A stretch of 64,000 bases of DNA from Bdellovibrionales bacterium (GCA_965262715.1 OZ253553.1:352001-416000), one strand, 5' to 3'. Shown: positions 40,921 to 51,749, counted from the stretch's first letter. Notes: a model not told the origin generated them from the letters alone. Translations and numbers: made by a program.

Positions 40921-42237
40921 ATGACCAAAAATATAATTATTATAAATTATATTTTATTTTTTGGATTTACTTTTGTAAAGGCAGATGTAATCAATGATGA
41001 TTCATCTATGAACCTTTCATCTGACAAAGAATATTTAGCAAGAGAAACTTTTAGTTCAAGTCAGAAAGTTTTACCAAAAGGTGTATGGCATCCACGGTTT
41101 ATATTTGGAAATGTTTCTGAAGTAGCACATCTTTTCGATCATAACTCTAAGCTCACTTCTATTAGTCGTTTTAATGTAGATTTTGAGAGTGACTTCTTAA
41201 GACAAATAGATCCGAGGTTTGATGAACTCATAGATGCTTTAAATAAATTGTATGATGGAGCAGGAGATAAATTGCATTTAGGTTCTCTAAAATTTTATGG
41301 AGGGCCTGAGATTTCTTACTTTGCACCAGTGCTTGCTTATGGGCTGACCGATAAATGGACAATAGGAGTTGGATTGCCTATTGTTAGCATGTATGGAAGT
41401 GTTACGACAGAAACTAAAGGTATCAATACAGCAAGGGATATTCTTAATGATGTTACTCCTTTTACAGGTGGACGTGAAAGCTTTAAATATAAGAAATTAA
41501 TTAAAAATTTAAGAGATATTACTGATCTCAAAAAGAAATTTAATGAAGTTTTGAAAGAGAGAGGATATAAATCTTTTGATGATTCACGTTTTAATGGCAT
41601 TGGTGATCTTCAAGTTTTTAGTTTTTATAATTATTTTAATAGGCCTCCATGGAACTTGACTTTAATGACAACTATTAACCTTCCTACAGGACCCAAAGAT
41701 GACCCGGACAATCTTATTGATTTTCCTAACTTTGCCCAAACGGGTATAGAGTTAAAGACACACCATCAATTTCGAATTTCTAATCGGTTCATACTAGGAA
41801 ATGCCTTAAGTTATTACTATATAATGCCGGATCGATTAGTGAAAAGAGTGCCTGAGCATGAAGATGATCTTTTACCAGATAAGGACAGAAAAGAATTTTT
41901 ATATAGAAACTTAGGAGATAAAATATCAGTTGAAACTTTTGGAACTTTTAATGCAATGGACTTTTTAGATTTTGATGTATCTCTTGCCTTATTTTTAAAA
42001 GGTTCTGATTACTATTTAGGTGATAGATTAGGATATGATTATTCTTTATTAGGCGATAATACAAAAGGGCACTGGGTTGAAGGGAAAGTAGGGATAAGTT
42101 TCTCATCAATACCCTGGTTTAAAAGGGGTAAGTTTCCACTTCCTTTAATATTTAGTTATAGTTATTCAGATATTTTATATGGACATAATACACATAGAGA
42201 AGTGAAGCATGAGGCTAACTTGCTTTTGTTTTTTTGA
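40921..42237 (+). CDS. Putative outer-membrane beta-barrel protein, hypothetical
   Basis: Signal peptide, GIGDL...LPTG motif, amphipathic strands, C-terminal Phe. Confidence 0.55.
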   Translation: MTKNIIIINYILFFGFTFVKADVINDDSSMNLSSDKEYLARETFSSSQKVLPKGVWHPRFIFGNVSEVAHLFDHNSKLTSISRFNVDFESDFLRQIDPRFDELIDALNKLYDGAGDKLHLGSLKFYGGPEISYFAPVLAYGLTDKWTIGVGLPIVSMYGSVTTETKGINTARDILNDVTPFTGGRESFKYKKLIKNLRDITDLKKKFNEVLKERGYKSFDDSRFNGIGDLQVFSFYNYFNRPPWNLTLMTTINLPTGPKDDPDNLIDFPNFAQTGIELKTHHQFRISNRFILGNALSYYYIMPDRLVKRVPEHEDDLLPDKDRKEFLYRNLGDKISVETFGTFNAMDFLDFDVSLALFLKGSDYYLGDRLGYDYSLLGDNTKGHWVEGKVGISFSSIPWFKRGKFPLPLIFSYSYSDILYGHNTHREVKHEANLLLFF

Positions 42238-42410
42238 TAAAAAGTTATATTTTATTGTATTATTTGTTAATTTAGGTTATAAGGCAAGCTGTAAAGTCGG
42301 GTATTTAGTTTAGGATACCAAACCTTACATTTAAAGATTGGATGGATGATTTTTTGAAAGATTTAAAGTTCTATATAATATTTTAATAATACAGAGACAG
42401 AAGGGCTTGT

Positions 42411-45266
42411 ATGTTTAGATGTGATATAATGACAACTATAATATCAAGGCATATTACAAATCTTATTTTTGTAAAAAAGATTTTTATTTTTTTATTTGTA
42501 AAAGTCTTAGTTGTTTTGAATTTATCTTGTCAGAAATCTATTGTAGAAAAGCCAGTTAATGTTGTTGGTGCTATTGATTCTATTTCTGTTACGTTCAACA
42601 TACCTGAGGGTATTCATATATCTGCTGATACATCTTCTAATGTTTTACTTGACCATACAGCAGACATTTTTCTTTTTGCTGAAAGTTTAATAGAGCTTGG
42701 ACGTTTATCTGATAGAGAGTTTTTTACAGAATTAGGTCATAGAATCATGGTTAACTTTTATGCAGATGAGAAGCATTATACATCTTATTCTTTTTGTGAT
42801 AACTCTTCTAAGAATGGTGAGATATCTCCTTGTGATGAAAGCGAATTTTATAACAATGATATACCTTATATAGGAGTGGCCTTAGGTGTAAAAGATATAG
42901 TTAAACATGATTCAAATTATCTAGTAGAAGAACATAAATTACCATCTTACAATGAACATGGTCATCCAGATTGTGATCCAAAAATATCAGAAGACTGTGA
43001 TCCAGCCAAACATGTAACGAGTGAGACAATAGCTGGTTTATATTCTTCATCGATGAAAGGCATAAAAGATTATATTGAAGATAGTCAGATTCTTGAGAGT
43101 GGAAATTTAGAATCAATAGAAACAACTGATCTAAGTTTGAGAACATATTTTGATGTAGTTCTGAACTTTTTAGAAGAAGTTAAGTCTTCTATTTTGGAAG
43201 ATACTTCTGAAGTTCCATTAGAGATAAAAAGAGGAGCTGCTGGTGCAGTAGAAACAGTCAAAGAAGGGATTACTGGTTTGCAAACAGATTTAAATAAAGC
43301 TATTGTATTAAGAGACAGAATAGGAATTATTGATGCTTTTAAAAAATTTCTTAATATCGAAGAAGATATTGAGGCTATTTCATGTCCTGATGAAGATACC
43401 CAACCTTTACCTGAAAGCATCATCAATCCTTTATGTAATAGTGATTTAAGAGAGATCATTATTGGATTACAAGCATTAACAGGTACTATACCTTGGATCG
43501 TTAGTTGGCATGAGGTTCCGTTTTGGGTATTTGCACGGCTCATATTAAAAGAGCTTGCCGATAGTATTAATGGTCTTTTACCACAAATACCAATAATAAT
43601 TAAAGATATGATCATATCAGAGATTGAAAAAACTATTGATCCGGATAATATTTACAATACCATTTACTCTGAAGCAAGGCAGCAAGCGAGACAAAAGATT
43701 TTTAACAATAGAGCAACACTTCCTGGTGTTGAATTATCTGATGTCAAAATGATAAGAGAAGGAGATGTTGTTTCATTTTCTGTGGATGAAAACTCCTTAT
43801 TAACAACTAATGGTTTGACATTAGGTACTGCTATGTCGGCTTTGATAGAACGATTGGAGCAAATAGAAACCTATGAAAGGGATATTTATAGTAGATACTA
43901 TCAGCCTTTATTTTCTCTTTTTAATAAATCATTAAGCATGCTTGGGCACTATCAGTTTGTAAATAAAAACAATGATGGAATGTATGAAGAAGTTATTCCT
44001 ACCAGTTTTTTTAGACCTCTTCACATTAAGGCAAATCAAACAAGAAGAGATTCTATTAATCCTTATAATTATTATGGTGATGAAAATGATGGAAAAACTC
44101 AGGCCGGTTATTTTGCTATTCCTGAGAAACTTGTTTTAGAAAGTGAAAGTGCATTTACTGTTGACTTAAATGCAACACAGGATGGGAATATGCTTTCAAC
44201 AGTTGCATCTCAAGCTGAGATGATTAGAGGCGCCTCAAAAGTTTTAAGTTACTTGAGACCTGATAGGTTGAGCAGTTATGATGAGACTATGGGGGCACTC
44301 AATCTTTCTTCGAACACTGATCAGAATGGAGATATATCTTCAGATGGGATCGATCAAGCTCTCTTTCCAAAATCATCTTTTTTCAATTTACATCTTGGAA
44401 TAGCAGGTGCAGTTTTAACCAACTTAATTAGGAAGGGGATTCTCATTCACACTCTTGAGGGAGAGTCTATTCCTGGTAATGAGTTTGAAAATGACCAAGA
44501 AGGAGTCACACCTCTTTTAGTTTCTGTATATGATGTGAGAGAAGGAAATCAGGATATAGATAGCGAAGTTAAAACGATAGATATAGCTAAGTTAATGATA
44601 GCTGTTGAAGAGTTTATGTTAGCTGTTGAGGATATAGATCAAATGAATACACCTGATCTATCTGATTTTAGTAGAAAATCTTATGAAACAGTAAGTGCTG
44701 GTATAGATAAATTAAAAGAGGTGAATTTAGGGTTTCACTTTTCTATGATGATAGAATTACAAAGAGAAGATGGATGTTTTGTGAACACTCACAATATTGT
44801 TGAAAGTCATAATGCAAGATCTAATGAAACTCAATATAATGATAAAGATGATAGTAATATACTTCTAGATACTCAAATACAATCCCTACTTGCTTTAACA
44901 AGATTTTATAAAAGGTCTATGGAAGAAGCAGAACCTGATGGTCCACAAGGGGGCAGGCTTAAAAGATCTATCCTTAGAGGTTTTAATTGTGTTACAGAAA
45001 AACTTGTTGATAGTCAAAATAACTTTTATGTGGCTGAAGAAGGGACGGATCAAAAGCCATCTTTACGTCTTACAACAGATTTTTTACGATTGCTTTATAA
45101 TTTAGATTTCGTTATCTCAGGTCATGATGACTGGATGCAAAAATTAAATGACCTTCGTACACGCTGGACAGAAGGTTACATTGAGCAGTTAGAATTCTTA
45201 AAAGAGGCTTTACCTATACCTGAAACAGCAGGAAGGTTTCTTACTGATGACTGGATGCACCATTAA
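42411..45266 (+). CDS. Large acidic lipoprotein, hypothetical
   Basis: 951-aa ORF with NLSC lipobox-like motif. Confidence 0.65.
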   Translation: MFRCDIMTTIISRHITNLIFVKKIFIFLFVKVLVVLNLSCQKSIVEKPVNVVGAIDSISVTFNIPEGIHISADTSSNVLLDHTADIFLFAESLIELGRLSDREFFTELGHRIMVNFYADEKHYTSYSFCDNSSKNGEISPCDESEFYNNDIPYIGVALGVKDIVKHDSNYLVEEHKLPSYNEHGHPDCDPKISEDCDPAKHVTSETIAGLYSSSMKGIKDYIEDSQILESGNLESIETTDLSLRTYFDVVLNFLEEVKSSILEDTSEVPLEIKRGAAGAVETVKEGITGLQTDLNKAIVLRDRIGIIDAFKKFLNIEEDIEAISCPDEDTQPLPESIINPLCNSDLREIIIGLQALTGTIPWIVSWHEVPFWVFARLILKELADSINGLLPQIPIIIKDMIISEIEKTIDPDNIYNTIYSEARQQARQKIFNNRATLPGVELSDVKMIREGDVVSFSVDENSLLTTNGLTLGTAMSALIERLEQIETYERDIYSRYYQPLFSLFNKSLSMLGHYQFVNKNNDGMYEEVIPTSFFRPLHIKANQTRRDSINPYNYYGDENDGKTQAGYFAIPEKLVLESESAFTVDLNATQDGNMLSTVASQAEMIRGASKVLSYLRPDRLSSYDETMGALNLSSNTDQNGDISSDGIDQALFPKSSFFNLHLGIAGAVLTNLIRKGILIHTLEGESIPGNEFENDQEGVTPLLVSVYDVREGNQDIDSEVKTIDIAKLMIAVEEFMLAVEDIDQMNTPDLSDFSRKSYETVSAGIDKLKEVNLGFHFSMMIELQREDGCFVNTHNIVESHNARSNETQYNDKDDSNILLDTQIQSLLALTRFYKRSMEEAEPDGPQGGRLKRSILRGFNCVTEKLVDSQNNFYVAEEGTDQKPSLRLTTDFLRLLYNLDFVISGHDDWMQKLNDLRTRWTEGYIEQLEFLKEALPIPETAGRFLTDDWMHH

Positions 45267-45348
45267 TGGTGAAATCAAAAAAAGTCAAAATATTACAGAC
45301 TGATTATCGAAGAATAGCCAGAGAAAATATCTTTGAAAAAGCCTTGAT

Positions 45349-45440
45349 TTGATGTTTTAAGCCAAATCTTGAAGTTTTCGAGCAAACCGCTTGAGGGCGG
45401 TTTACTCTGCGGAACATCTCGTTTTTGGCTTAAAAATCAA
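45349..45440 (-). repeat. Family C hairpin, free-standing divergent copy
   Basis: Minus strand ttttaagccaaa...ttccgca-gagtaaaccgc..gcggtttgctc-gaaaact...tttggcttaaaa. Confidence 0.65.
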
Positions 45441-45539
45441 ATTTTAACTGGCTATAAAGATTCAGGTAATTTGTTAAAGAGAGAGATAGTAAGAGGAAAT
45501 TTTCCTTAACATGAGTGCGATATCGGTTTATTCTAATAG

Positions 45540-46547
45540 ATGATGAATCGTCTTTTGCAAAAACTAAAAAGTCAAGGCCCATTACGATCTGAGAAGGTTG
45601 ATCTTTCTCAAGCGCTTTATTCTTATTTAGAGCAAGCTTCATCTCAGCAAACTAATGTAAATAAAGCCACAGACCAAAAATTGCTTTTAGATTTTGTATT
45701 TTTATGTCTATCTCTTGTTTATTGGAGAGAAAGGCAAAAAGAATTTTTTTCTCAAATAAAAATACTTTTAGAGCCTCTAAAAGAATCAATTGGGTTAAAT
45801 ATGGAGTTTTTTCAAAAGCTCTATAATGTACAAGTTTGTCCTATTTATTCCCAAGATACTCTTTATGAAATAATTGAAAGCCAAGCAAAGAGGGTGCTTG
45901 GCTCAGGTGATAAACTGCGTATTTTACCTGATGGAAAAAAGTGTATTATCAGTCTGATATTATCCTCTGACGGCATATTATCTGTGAGGTCTTATTTGCC
46001 ATATGGAGTGATTTATAATGGGCAAATATTGCCGCTTTCTGATGGCACATACTTAAAATATTCACCAGAAATGGACTTATTAGCTGATCATTTCCATATT
46101 TTCAAGAAAAATCAGAATGATTTTTACTTTATAAGAAAAATAAAAAATATTTTTTCTATCACAAGTGTATCTGGTGTGACATTTGTCCCAAATAGTTTTG
46201 ATCAAGTAGAAAAGCTTGAAAATCACATTCAAATGTATTATCATCTCAAACATTTAGAGCAGTTTTTTATAGATCGATCAACAGATCCTTATTATAGGGA
46301 TCTTGTTCATCTACTGGAGACTCAAATTCAAGATTTATCTAGAAACTCGAATTGTGTTTCAGAGAGTATAAAAGTTTATGAAAAGGTATGGAATATTTTA
46401 GATAGAATATTTCAAGATGATAAACTTCTATCTCTTTTATTAAAACAGCTTGGTGATAAGATAGATCAGATAAGGAGTTCAAATGACATCAAATATGCAA
46501 AGAAAAATACGATTAAATCGTGCCTTGGTCCAGAGTGGGGTATGTAG
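45540..46547 (+). CDS. Hypothetical protein
   Basis: 335-aa ORF overlapping the start of the pseudouridine synthase gene. Confidence 0.6.
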   Translation: MMNRLLQKLKSQGPLRSEKVDLSQALYSYLEQASSQQTNVNKATDQKLLLDFVFLCLSLVYWRERQKEFFSQIKILLEPLKESIGLNMEFFQKLYNVQVCPIYSQDTLYEIIESQAKRVLGSGDKLRILPDGKKCIISLILSSDGILSVRSYLPYGVIYNGQILPLSDGTYLKYSPEMDLLADHFHIFKKNQNDFYFIRKIKNIFSITSVSGVTFVPNSFDQVEKLENHIQMYYHLKHLEQFFIDRSTDPYYRDLVHLLETQIQDLSRNSNCVSESIKVYEKVWNILDRIFQDDKLLSLLLKQLGDKIDQIRSSNDIKYAKKNTIKSCLGPEWGM

Positions 46548-47274
46548 CCGGAGAAAAGCTGATAAACTGCTATCTGAGGGTCGCATTCAAGTAAATAATA
46601 AATCTATTCTCCAATTAGGCTTTAAAGCAGATGTTCTTAAAGATAAAGTTAAAGTAGATGGACAGATGGTCTCTTTAACACAAAATTTTATTTATTATCT
46701 TTTTCATAAACCTAAGAATGTATTGACTACATTAGATGATCCAAAAGGACGTGTTCATATTTCAGATTTTCTAAGAGGGGTTAAGCAGAGAGTGTTTCCA
46801 GTGGGGCGGCTGGATTGGAATTGTGAAGGTTTATTGATTCTGACAAACGATGGCGATTTTGCTCATCATGTTTTGCACCCTCGGTTTGCTGTTACAAAAA
46901 CCTATATGGTAAAGATTAATGGTCGTATAAAGGTAGAAGATATTTATAAGTTGAAACGAGGAGTGAATATTCTTGGGAAAAGTGTAAAGGCAAAAGAAGT
47001 GATACGTTTAAAGAAAAAAAAAGGAAAATATGATTGGGTGAAGATTACTATTTCAGAAGGAAAAAACCAACAAATCAAGAGGATGTTTCAAAAAGTAGGA
47101 TTTGATGTGATCAAACTCAAGCGAGTGCTCATAGGTCATTTAGGATTAGGACATTTGAAAAAAGGACAGATGCGTTTGTTACGTAAGGAGGATTTTTTTA
47201 AAATTTTCTCTGATTATAAAACAAATAAGCTGCAAGTTAAAAATTTAGAATATTTAAAAAACTTAGGTTTATAA
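46483..47274 (+). CDS. rRNA pseudouridine synthase (RsuA/RluB/E/F family)
   Basis: S4 domain (GVCSRRKAD), HKPK, PVGRLDWNCEGLLILTNDG, EGKNQQIKRM. Confidence 0.93.
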   Translation: MTSNMQRKIRLNRALVQSGVCSRRKADKLLSEGRIQVNNKSILQLGFKADVLKDKVKVDGQMVSLTQNFIYYLFHKPKNVLTTLDDPKGRVHISDFLRGVKQRVFPVGRLDWNCEGLLILTNDGDFAHHVLHPRFAVTKTYMVKINGRIKVEDIYKLKRGVNILGKSVKAKEVIRLKKKKGKYDWVKITISEGKNQQIKRMFQKVGFDVIKLKRVLIGHLGLGHLKKGQMRLLRKEDFFKIFSDYKTNKLQVKNLEYLKNLGL

Positions 47275-47302
47275 TTGTGCTGTAAAACAAAGAGGAGATA
47301 AA

Positions 47303-47611
47303 GTGTCATCACCAGCCACAGAACCTGTAGATATGGAAGTGCAAATTGAAGATGAAAGCAGCAGTTTGACAGTAGAACCAGGGGAGACTCTTTTAGAGGC
47401 TGCCTTGCAAGCTGGCTTGAATGCCCCTTACTCCTGCATGGCTGGAGCCTGCACATCTTGTAAGGCTCAACTTATATCAGGAAATGTGATGATGGAAAGC
47501 AGTGATGCTTTAACGGATGAGGAAATTGCATCTGGAGAAATATTGACTTGTCAGGCAAAGCCGGTTTCTTGTGAGAAACTCAAAATTAAATATCTATCAG
47601 ATTTCATTTAG
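47303..47611 (+). CDS. 2Fe-2S ferredoxin
   Basis: PYSCMAGACTSC...ILTCQA. Confidence 0.92.
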   Translation: MSSPATEPVDMEVQIEDESSSLTVEPGETLLEAALQAGLNAPYSCMAGACTSCKAQLISGNVMMESSDALTDEEIASGEILTCQAKPVSCEKLKIKYLSDFI

Positions 47612-47682
47612 CAGCGATCTCAAAGTTTGAATCTATTATGAAACTCTTTAATGAGAAATAAGAAATTTTCCTTAACATTGTA

Positions 47683-49020
47683 CGTAACTTCAAATCGCAA
47701 GTGCAACTCTTTTGTGTTTGTAGATATTTTTAAAAGTTGTATCACTTTAGGATTAATATTCCAACAAAGTTTTAATTATCATGAAAGATTATTGTAAATT
47801 ATTTAATTTGAATGAATGTATTTTGATGTTTATGGCAAAGTCTCGTAGTCCTCGAGCTAAAGCTCTGCGGAAGAACGATCCTTTGCCATAAACATCAAGC
47901 TGTCAAATAAGCATCTTCAGAAGTTATTATATATAAGTAAAATTAAATGGATAAACTATGAATAACTTCAGCAAACCATCTTTTGTCTATGAAACTCATT
48001 AGGAGTTAGAAAACCTAAACTCTTTCGAGGGCGATGGTTTAAAAGAGACTCAACCTTTTTTACATCCTTAGAGGCGATTTCTCTAAAATCTGTCTTCTTT
48101 GGAAAATACTGACGGATTAAACCATTCGTGTTCTCATTTAAACCTCTCTGATATGAACTGTAAGGATGTGCAAAATAAACTTTACATCCAGTATATTCAC
48201 TGATCTTCTCATGACACGAAAACTCTTTACCATTATCCAAAGTCATTGTATGAACAACCTCTCCTTTAAGAGCTTTAGAAATAGCATGAAAAACTGCCTC
48301 ATATCTCTTAGATTCTATTTTGACAATCCTCGTCTTCTTAGAACATCTATCTACCAGCGTGACTAAAGCTCCTTTATGATGTCTACCTATCATTAGATCA
48401 CCTTCCCAGTCTCCTATCCGACTCTTCTTATCTACTATCTTAGGCCTTTTATCAATGCTCACTCTATTCTTTATCTGACCCCTTTTATCAAATCTACTTG
48501 TACCATATCGCTTCTTCCGTTGCCTCTGACATCTTAAAAATTTGTAGAGATCTCCTCCTGATTGCTTATCTCCAAGAATATGCTGATAAATACTCTCATG
48601 ACTTATAGACAAACCTTTTCGTTTAAGAAAACCGGATATCTGTTCCGGACTCAAACGATCACGAAGAAACCTCTCAAGCTTATTAATGACTTTTTGTGTT
48701 ATCTTTATATGTCTATGAGAGTTTTGAAGACGATCGACTGCTTTTTCATGGGCTTGTTGAGGACGATAACCTCGCAAACCTTTGTTGCGATTCAATTCCC
48801 TATATATGGTGCTTTTATCTCGACCTACCTGAGTAGCAATTGAACTTATTGATTTTCCACTTTGCAAAAAAGCTAAAATCTGGTATCTCTCATGTTGGGT
48901 TAGATGAGTGTAATTGCTCATGGAATACTCCTTTCATTATTTAAAGAGATTGATTAGAGTATTCCTCTAACCCGCTTTAAATAACTATGCAAGGAGTTGC
49001 ACTTGCAACTTGAATCCACC
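47683..49020 (-). mobile_element. IS30 family insertion sequence, complete, 1338 bp
   Basis: Both IRs; 3-bp TSD GTA (47680-47682, 49021-49023). Confidence 0.95.
47968..48921 (-). CDS. IS30 family transposase
   Basis: 317 aa, same motifs as 8283-9236. Confidence 0.97.
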   Translation of the reverse strand: MSNYTHLTQHERYQILAFLQSGKSISSIATQVGRDKSTIYRELNRNKGLRGYRPQQAHEKAVDRLQNSHRHIKITQKVINKLERFLRDRLSPEQISGFLKRKGLSISHESIYQHILGDKQSGGDLYKFLRCQRQRKKRYGTSRFDKRGQIKNRVSIDKRPKIVDKKSRIGDWEGDLMIGRHHKGALVTLVDRCSKKTRIVKIESKRYEAVFHAISKALKGEVVHTMTLDNGKEFSCHEKISEYTGCKVYFAHPYSSYQRGLNENTNGLIRQYFPKKTDFREIASKDVKKVESLLNHRPRKSLGFLTPNEFHRQKMVC

Positions 49021-49072
49021 GTATCAAATAACAAGAGGTATCTGCCTTACTAAAAATAAACAGATTCCAGGA

Positions 49073-49654
49073 TTCCCGGACTACAGAGATAGCAATTAAG
49101 CAAGGTTTAACTTAGGCAAATTAGTAAACAACAATAGGCTTTCTAGTTATAAAGGTTGCGTAAGACATAATAACTGATCTTACGCAAAGATACCTCAAGA
49201 GGTTGAGACTAGTTTTTGAGTATTTTTACACAATTTATATAGAAAAGCCCCAAGTTTATCAGCTTCTCTGATTAATTTTTGATGGTTAACAAGAGTTAAT
49301 ATTGTTTGTGCTTCCCTCAGAGAACCTAAACTAATCTCATAGAACTTCCTACGCTCTTTATGACTAGACTTAGCAGAGCCTTCGGCTAGATTGAGTACAA
49401 TGCTAAGCATAGCCCTTTGAAACTGGTTCTTCATAGGTCCTCTTAAACTTAAGCTATTAGATTTATGATAGAATTGAATTGCTAGTTGATAAGTTTTGAA
49501 TTTTTTCATAATTTTTTTCTCCTTTACCTTTTGGTGGGAGAAAAAAATTAGGGAAAAGTTCAAGACAAACAGATTGCCAGTTTCCCGGGATTCCCGGTTT
49601 CCCGGACTACAGAGATAGCAATTAAGCAAGGTTTAACTTAGGCAAATTAGTAAA
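49073..49654. repeat. 56-bp identical direct repeats flanking the four-helix-bundle gene
   Basis: ttcccggactacagagatagcaattaagcaaggtttaacttaggcaaattagtaaa at 49073-49128 and 49599-49654. Confidence 0.9.
49195..49509 (-). CDS. Four helix bundle protein (23S rRNA intervening-sequence protein / Avd-like family)
   Basis: QFQRAMLSIVLNLAEGSAK...RRKFYEISLGSLREAQTIL; ATG 49509 with RBS aaggag; 104 aa. Confidence 0.88.
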   Translation of the reverse strand: MKKFKTYQLAIQFYHKSNSLSLRGPMKNQFQRAMLSIVLNLAEGSAKSSHKERRKFYEISLGSLREAQTILTLVNHQKLIREADKLGAFLYKLCKNTQKLVSTS

Positions 49655-49790
49655 TAACAAACATATCTCTTAAATTTATAAAAGCTGCGTAAGATGAGTT
49701 AATAAGGTATATTTTGCAGTTTTAATGTGTTGTCTTGAAGTAACAACAACTCCTAGAGTGTAGATATAAAGAAATAGGAAGGCCTAATAA

Positions 49791-51749
49791 TTATCCTGCT
49801 TTTTTCTTAAAGAAAGGAATCGCCTTTATAATATCCTTTAGATCGCTTTTTAAAATATTTATAGATTTTTTATGATAGCTAAGGGCGCGCATTTCTTGCT
49901 TAGCCTTTATGAAATTAGGATCAAGATGGTATGCATATTTAAGATGACTTATGGCCATTTCTTTATTATCTAATATCTTATAAAATAAGCCTTTTACAAA
50001 GTAAAAAAGTGCTGTGTTTCTATATTCTGGAGGTATTTTATCAAAACATGAGTTGATCTCTTTTACTTGTTGAGATGAATTCTGACTGGAGAGATTGGTA
50101 ATTTGAGACCAAATGAAATATAAGAGAACGTGAGGGGCCGGGGATGTATCGATCTTCATAAGTTTTCTAAATAATTCTAAGGCTGTTTTTTTATTATTAA
50201 CATCTAAAGCTTTTTTTGCTTCTAAAAAGAGTTGTTTTGATTCTAAAACAACCGTTAAGTTTTCATATTCTAAAGACAGTTCATAGTCCTTTCTTTTCTT
50301 TGCACTTGATAACACATCATAAGCTGTTTTTATTTTATGGAATATATTTGTAAGAAGGTTTTTAACTTCGTTGGATTCTAGAGAATTGACGGTATTTGGA
50401 TAGAAAATAACAGATAACTCTTTATAGGCTTGCCTGATTTCAGAAATATTTGCTTGCTGTGAAATATTTAACACTTCAAAGTGGCTTTGAAGTGTTAAAT
50501 TGTTTAATATTTTTTTCAACCTTAAAATTTTTACTTGAGCTGTCTCTCCATCTTTTGTAATTTGTAAATATCCTTGTCTGTTTAATAAAAGCAAATGCAC
50601 CATAAAATAAACCTCATTGATGTGATTAGGATATTTATTGAGCAGAGAAAGTAAAGAATGGTTCTCATCTCTGATAGAAATTAAAATCTCCATTGTCTTT
50701 TCAAATGTTGAAGTGGAAAAATCAGAAAGTGTAAGGGTTGATTTAGCATGTATTTGATCATTCAATCTATTCAAATAGATATTTTTAATATATGTTATAG
50801 GAATTTTTACTTTAAGATACTTAGTATAAATTTTCATTAATTCCTTTTGATTAATTTGTGTAGACTTTTTATCAGATGAGATGTGAGCAGTTTCTTGGAA
50901 GTTTATATTATAATAAGTGTTTTGTATAAGATGCATAAAGCGTATACCAGCTTGTTCTCTTGTTAGTATTTGTATAATATGAGGACTTATTAAATTAGCA
51001 GCTACGAGTCTTTCTCCAATTTTTTTTCCATCTTCTTCTACATCAAAAAATGGTTGAAGTTCCTCAAAAGATAAAATGTTTTTCTTGATAAGAAGGTCTC
51101 CAAAAAAATCTTTCATCTGTTTTTGATTTAATTCTATAGACGTTATTTTACCTTCTGAAAGGTAAATATATTGGTTATTGTTATCAGTAGATAGATTTAA
51201 AACTCCAGATATTTTACCAAAATCAAGTAATCTTATAACTTGAGGCAATGTAAAACCATGTATTTGTTTGATATTAGAAAGTATAGAAAGCCTTTCTTTA
51301 ACAGAAAGTTCTTTTTGAGTAAAAAGCAGATCAACAAGGCTTGTTTTTGTTTTTCTATGTTTTGCAAAGCATTGATCTATTTGAGATATTAAAGTGTCTG
51401 GAGAAAAAGGTTTTGAAAAAAAAGTTTGAGTATTTATTTTTTGTTTTATTTCATCAAAAACATCTGTTTTCTGAAAGACGCCGCTCATAAAAAAGAAGTG
51501 TTTTTTATGAGAATCAGATTCTTCTTTTTCTTCAAGCTTTAGAGCTAATTCTAATCCTTGCATTTGAGGAAGTAGGCAGTCGATAACAAAACAATGGATA
51601 AAATGTATTTTATTGTAGTACATGGCTTCATTAGGTGTCAGAGCAAGAAAGGTATTTGTATAACCTGTTTGTACAAGGGCTTCTTTTATACTCTCGCCAA
51701 AGATAGTGTTATCTTCAACAATAAGTATTTTAATCTCTTCTTGTTTCAT
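49791..51749 (-). CDS. Receiver domain + DUF4388-like + degenerate J-domain + TPR protein
   Basis: ILIVEDN, VIDCLLPQMQGLEL, SKPFS; HFEVLNI...EIRQAYKELSVIFYPN...IKTAYDVLS; C-terminal TPR. Confidence 0.8.
   Translation of the reverse strand: MKQEEIKILIVEDNTIFGESIKEALVQTGYTNTFLALTPNEAMYYNKIHFIHCFVIDCLLPQMQGLELALKLEEKEESDSHKKHFFFMSGVFQKTDVFDEIKQKINTQTFFSKPFSPDTLISQIDQCFAKHRKTKTSLVDLLFTQKELSVKERLSILSNIKQIHGFTLPQVIRLLDFGKISGVLNLSTDNNNQYIYLSEGKITSIELNQKQMKDFFGDLLIKKNILSFEELQPFFDVEEDGKKIGERLVAANLISPHIIQILTREQAGIRFMHLIQNTYYNINFQETAHISSDKKSTQINQKELMKIYTKYLKVKIPITYIKNIYLNRLNDQIHAKSTLTLSDFSTSTFEKTMEILISIRDENHSLLSLLNKYPNHINEVYFMVHLLLLNRQGYLQITKDGETAQVKILRLKKILNNLTLQSHFEVLNISQQANISEIRQAYKELSVIFYPNTVNSLESNEVKNLLTNIFHKIKTAYDVLSSAKKRKDYELSLEYENLTVVLESKQLFLEAKKALDVNNKKTALELFRKLMKIDTSPAPHVLLYFIWSQITNLSSQNSSQQVKEINSCFDKIPPEYRNTALFYFVKGLFYKILDNKEMAISHLKYAYHLDPNFIKAKQEMRALSYHKKSINILKSDLKDIIKAIPFFKKKAG

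Noticed and set aside
49195..49509. Diversity-generating retroelement (Avd-like gene)
   Set aside because: No reverse transcriptase and no TR/VR pair with adenine-specific differences in the window; the asd copies differ mainly at synonymous sites
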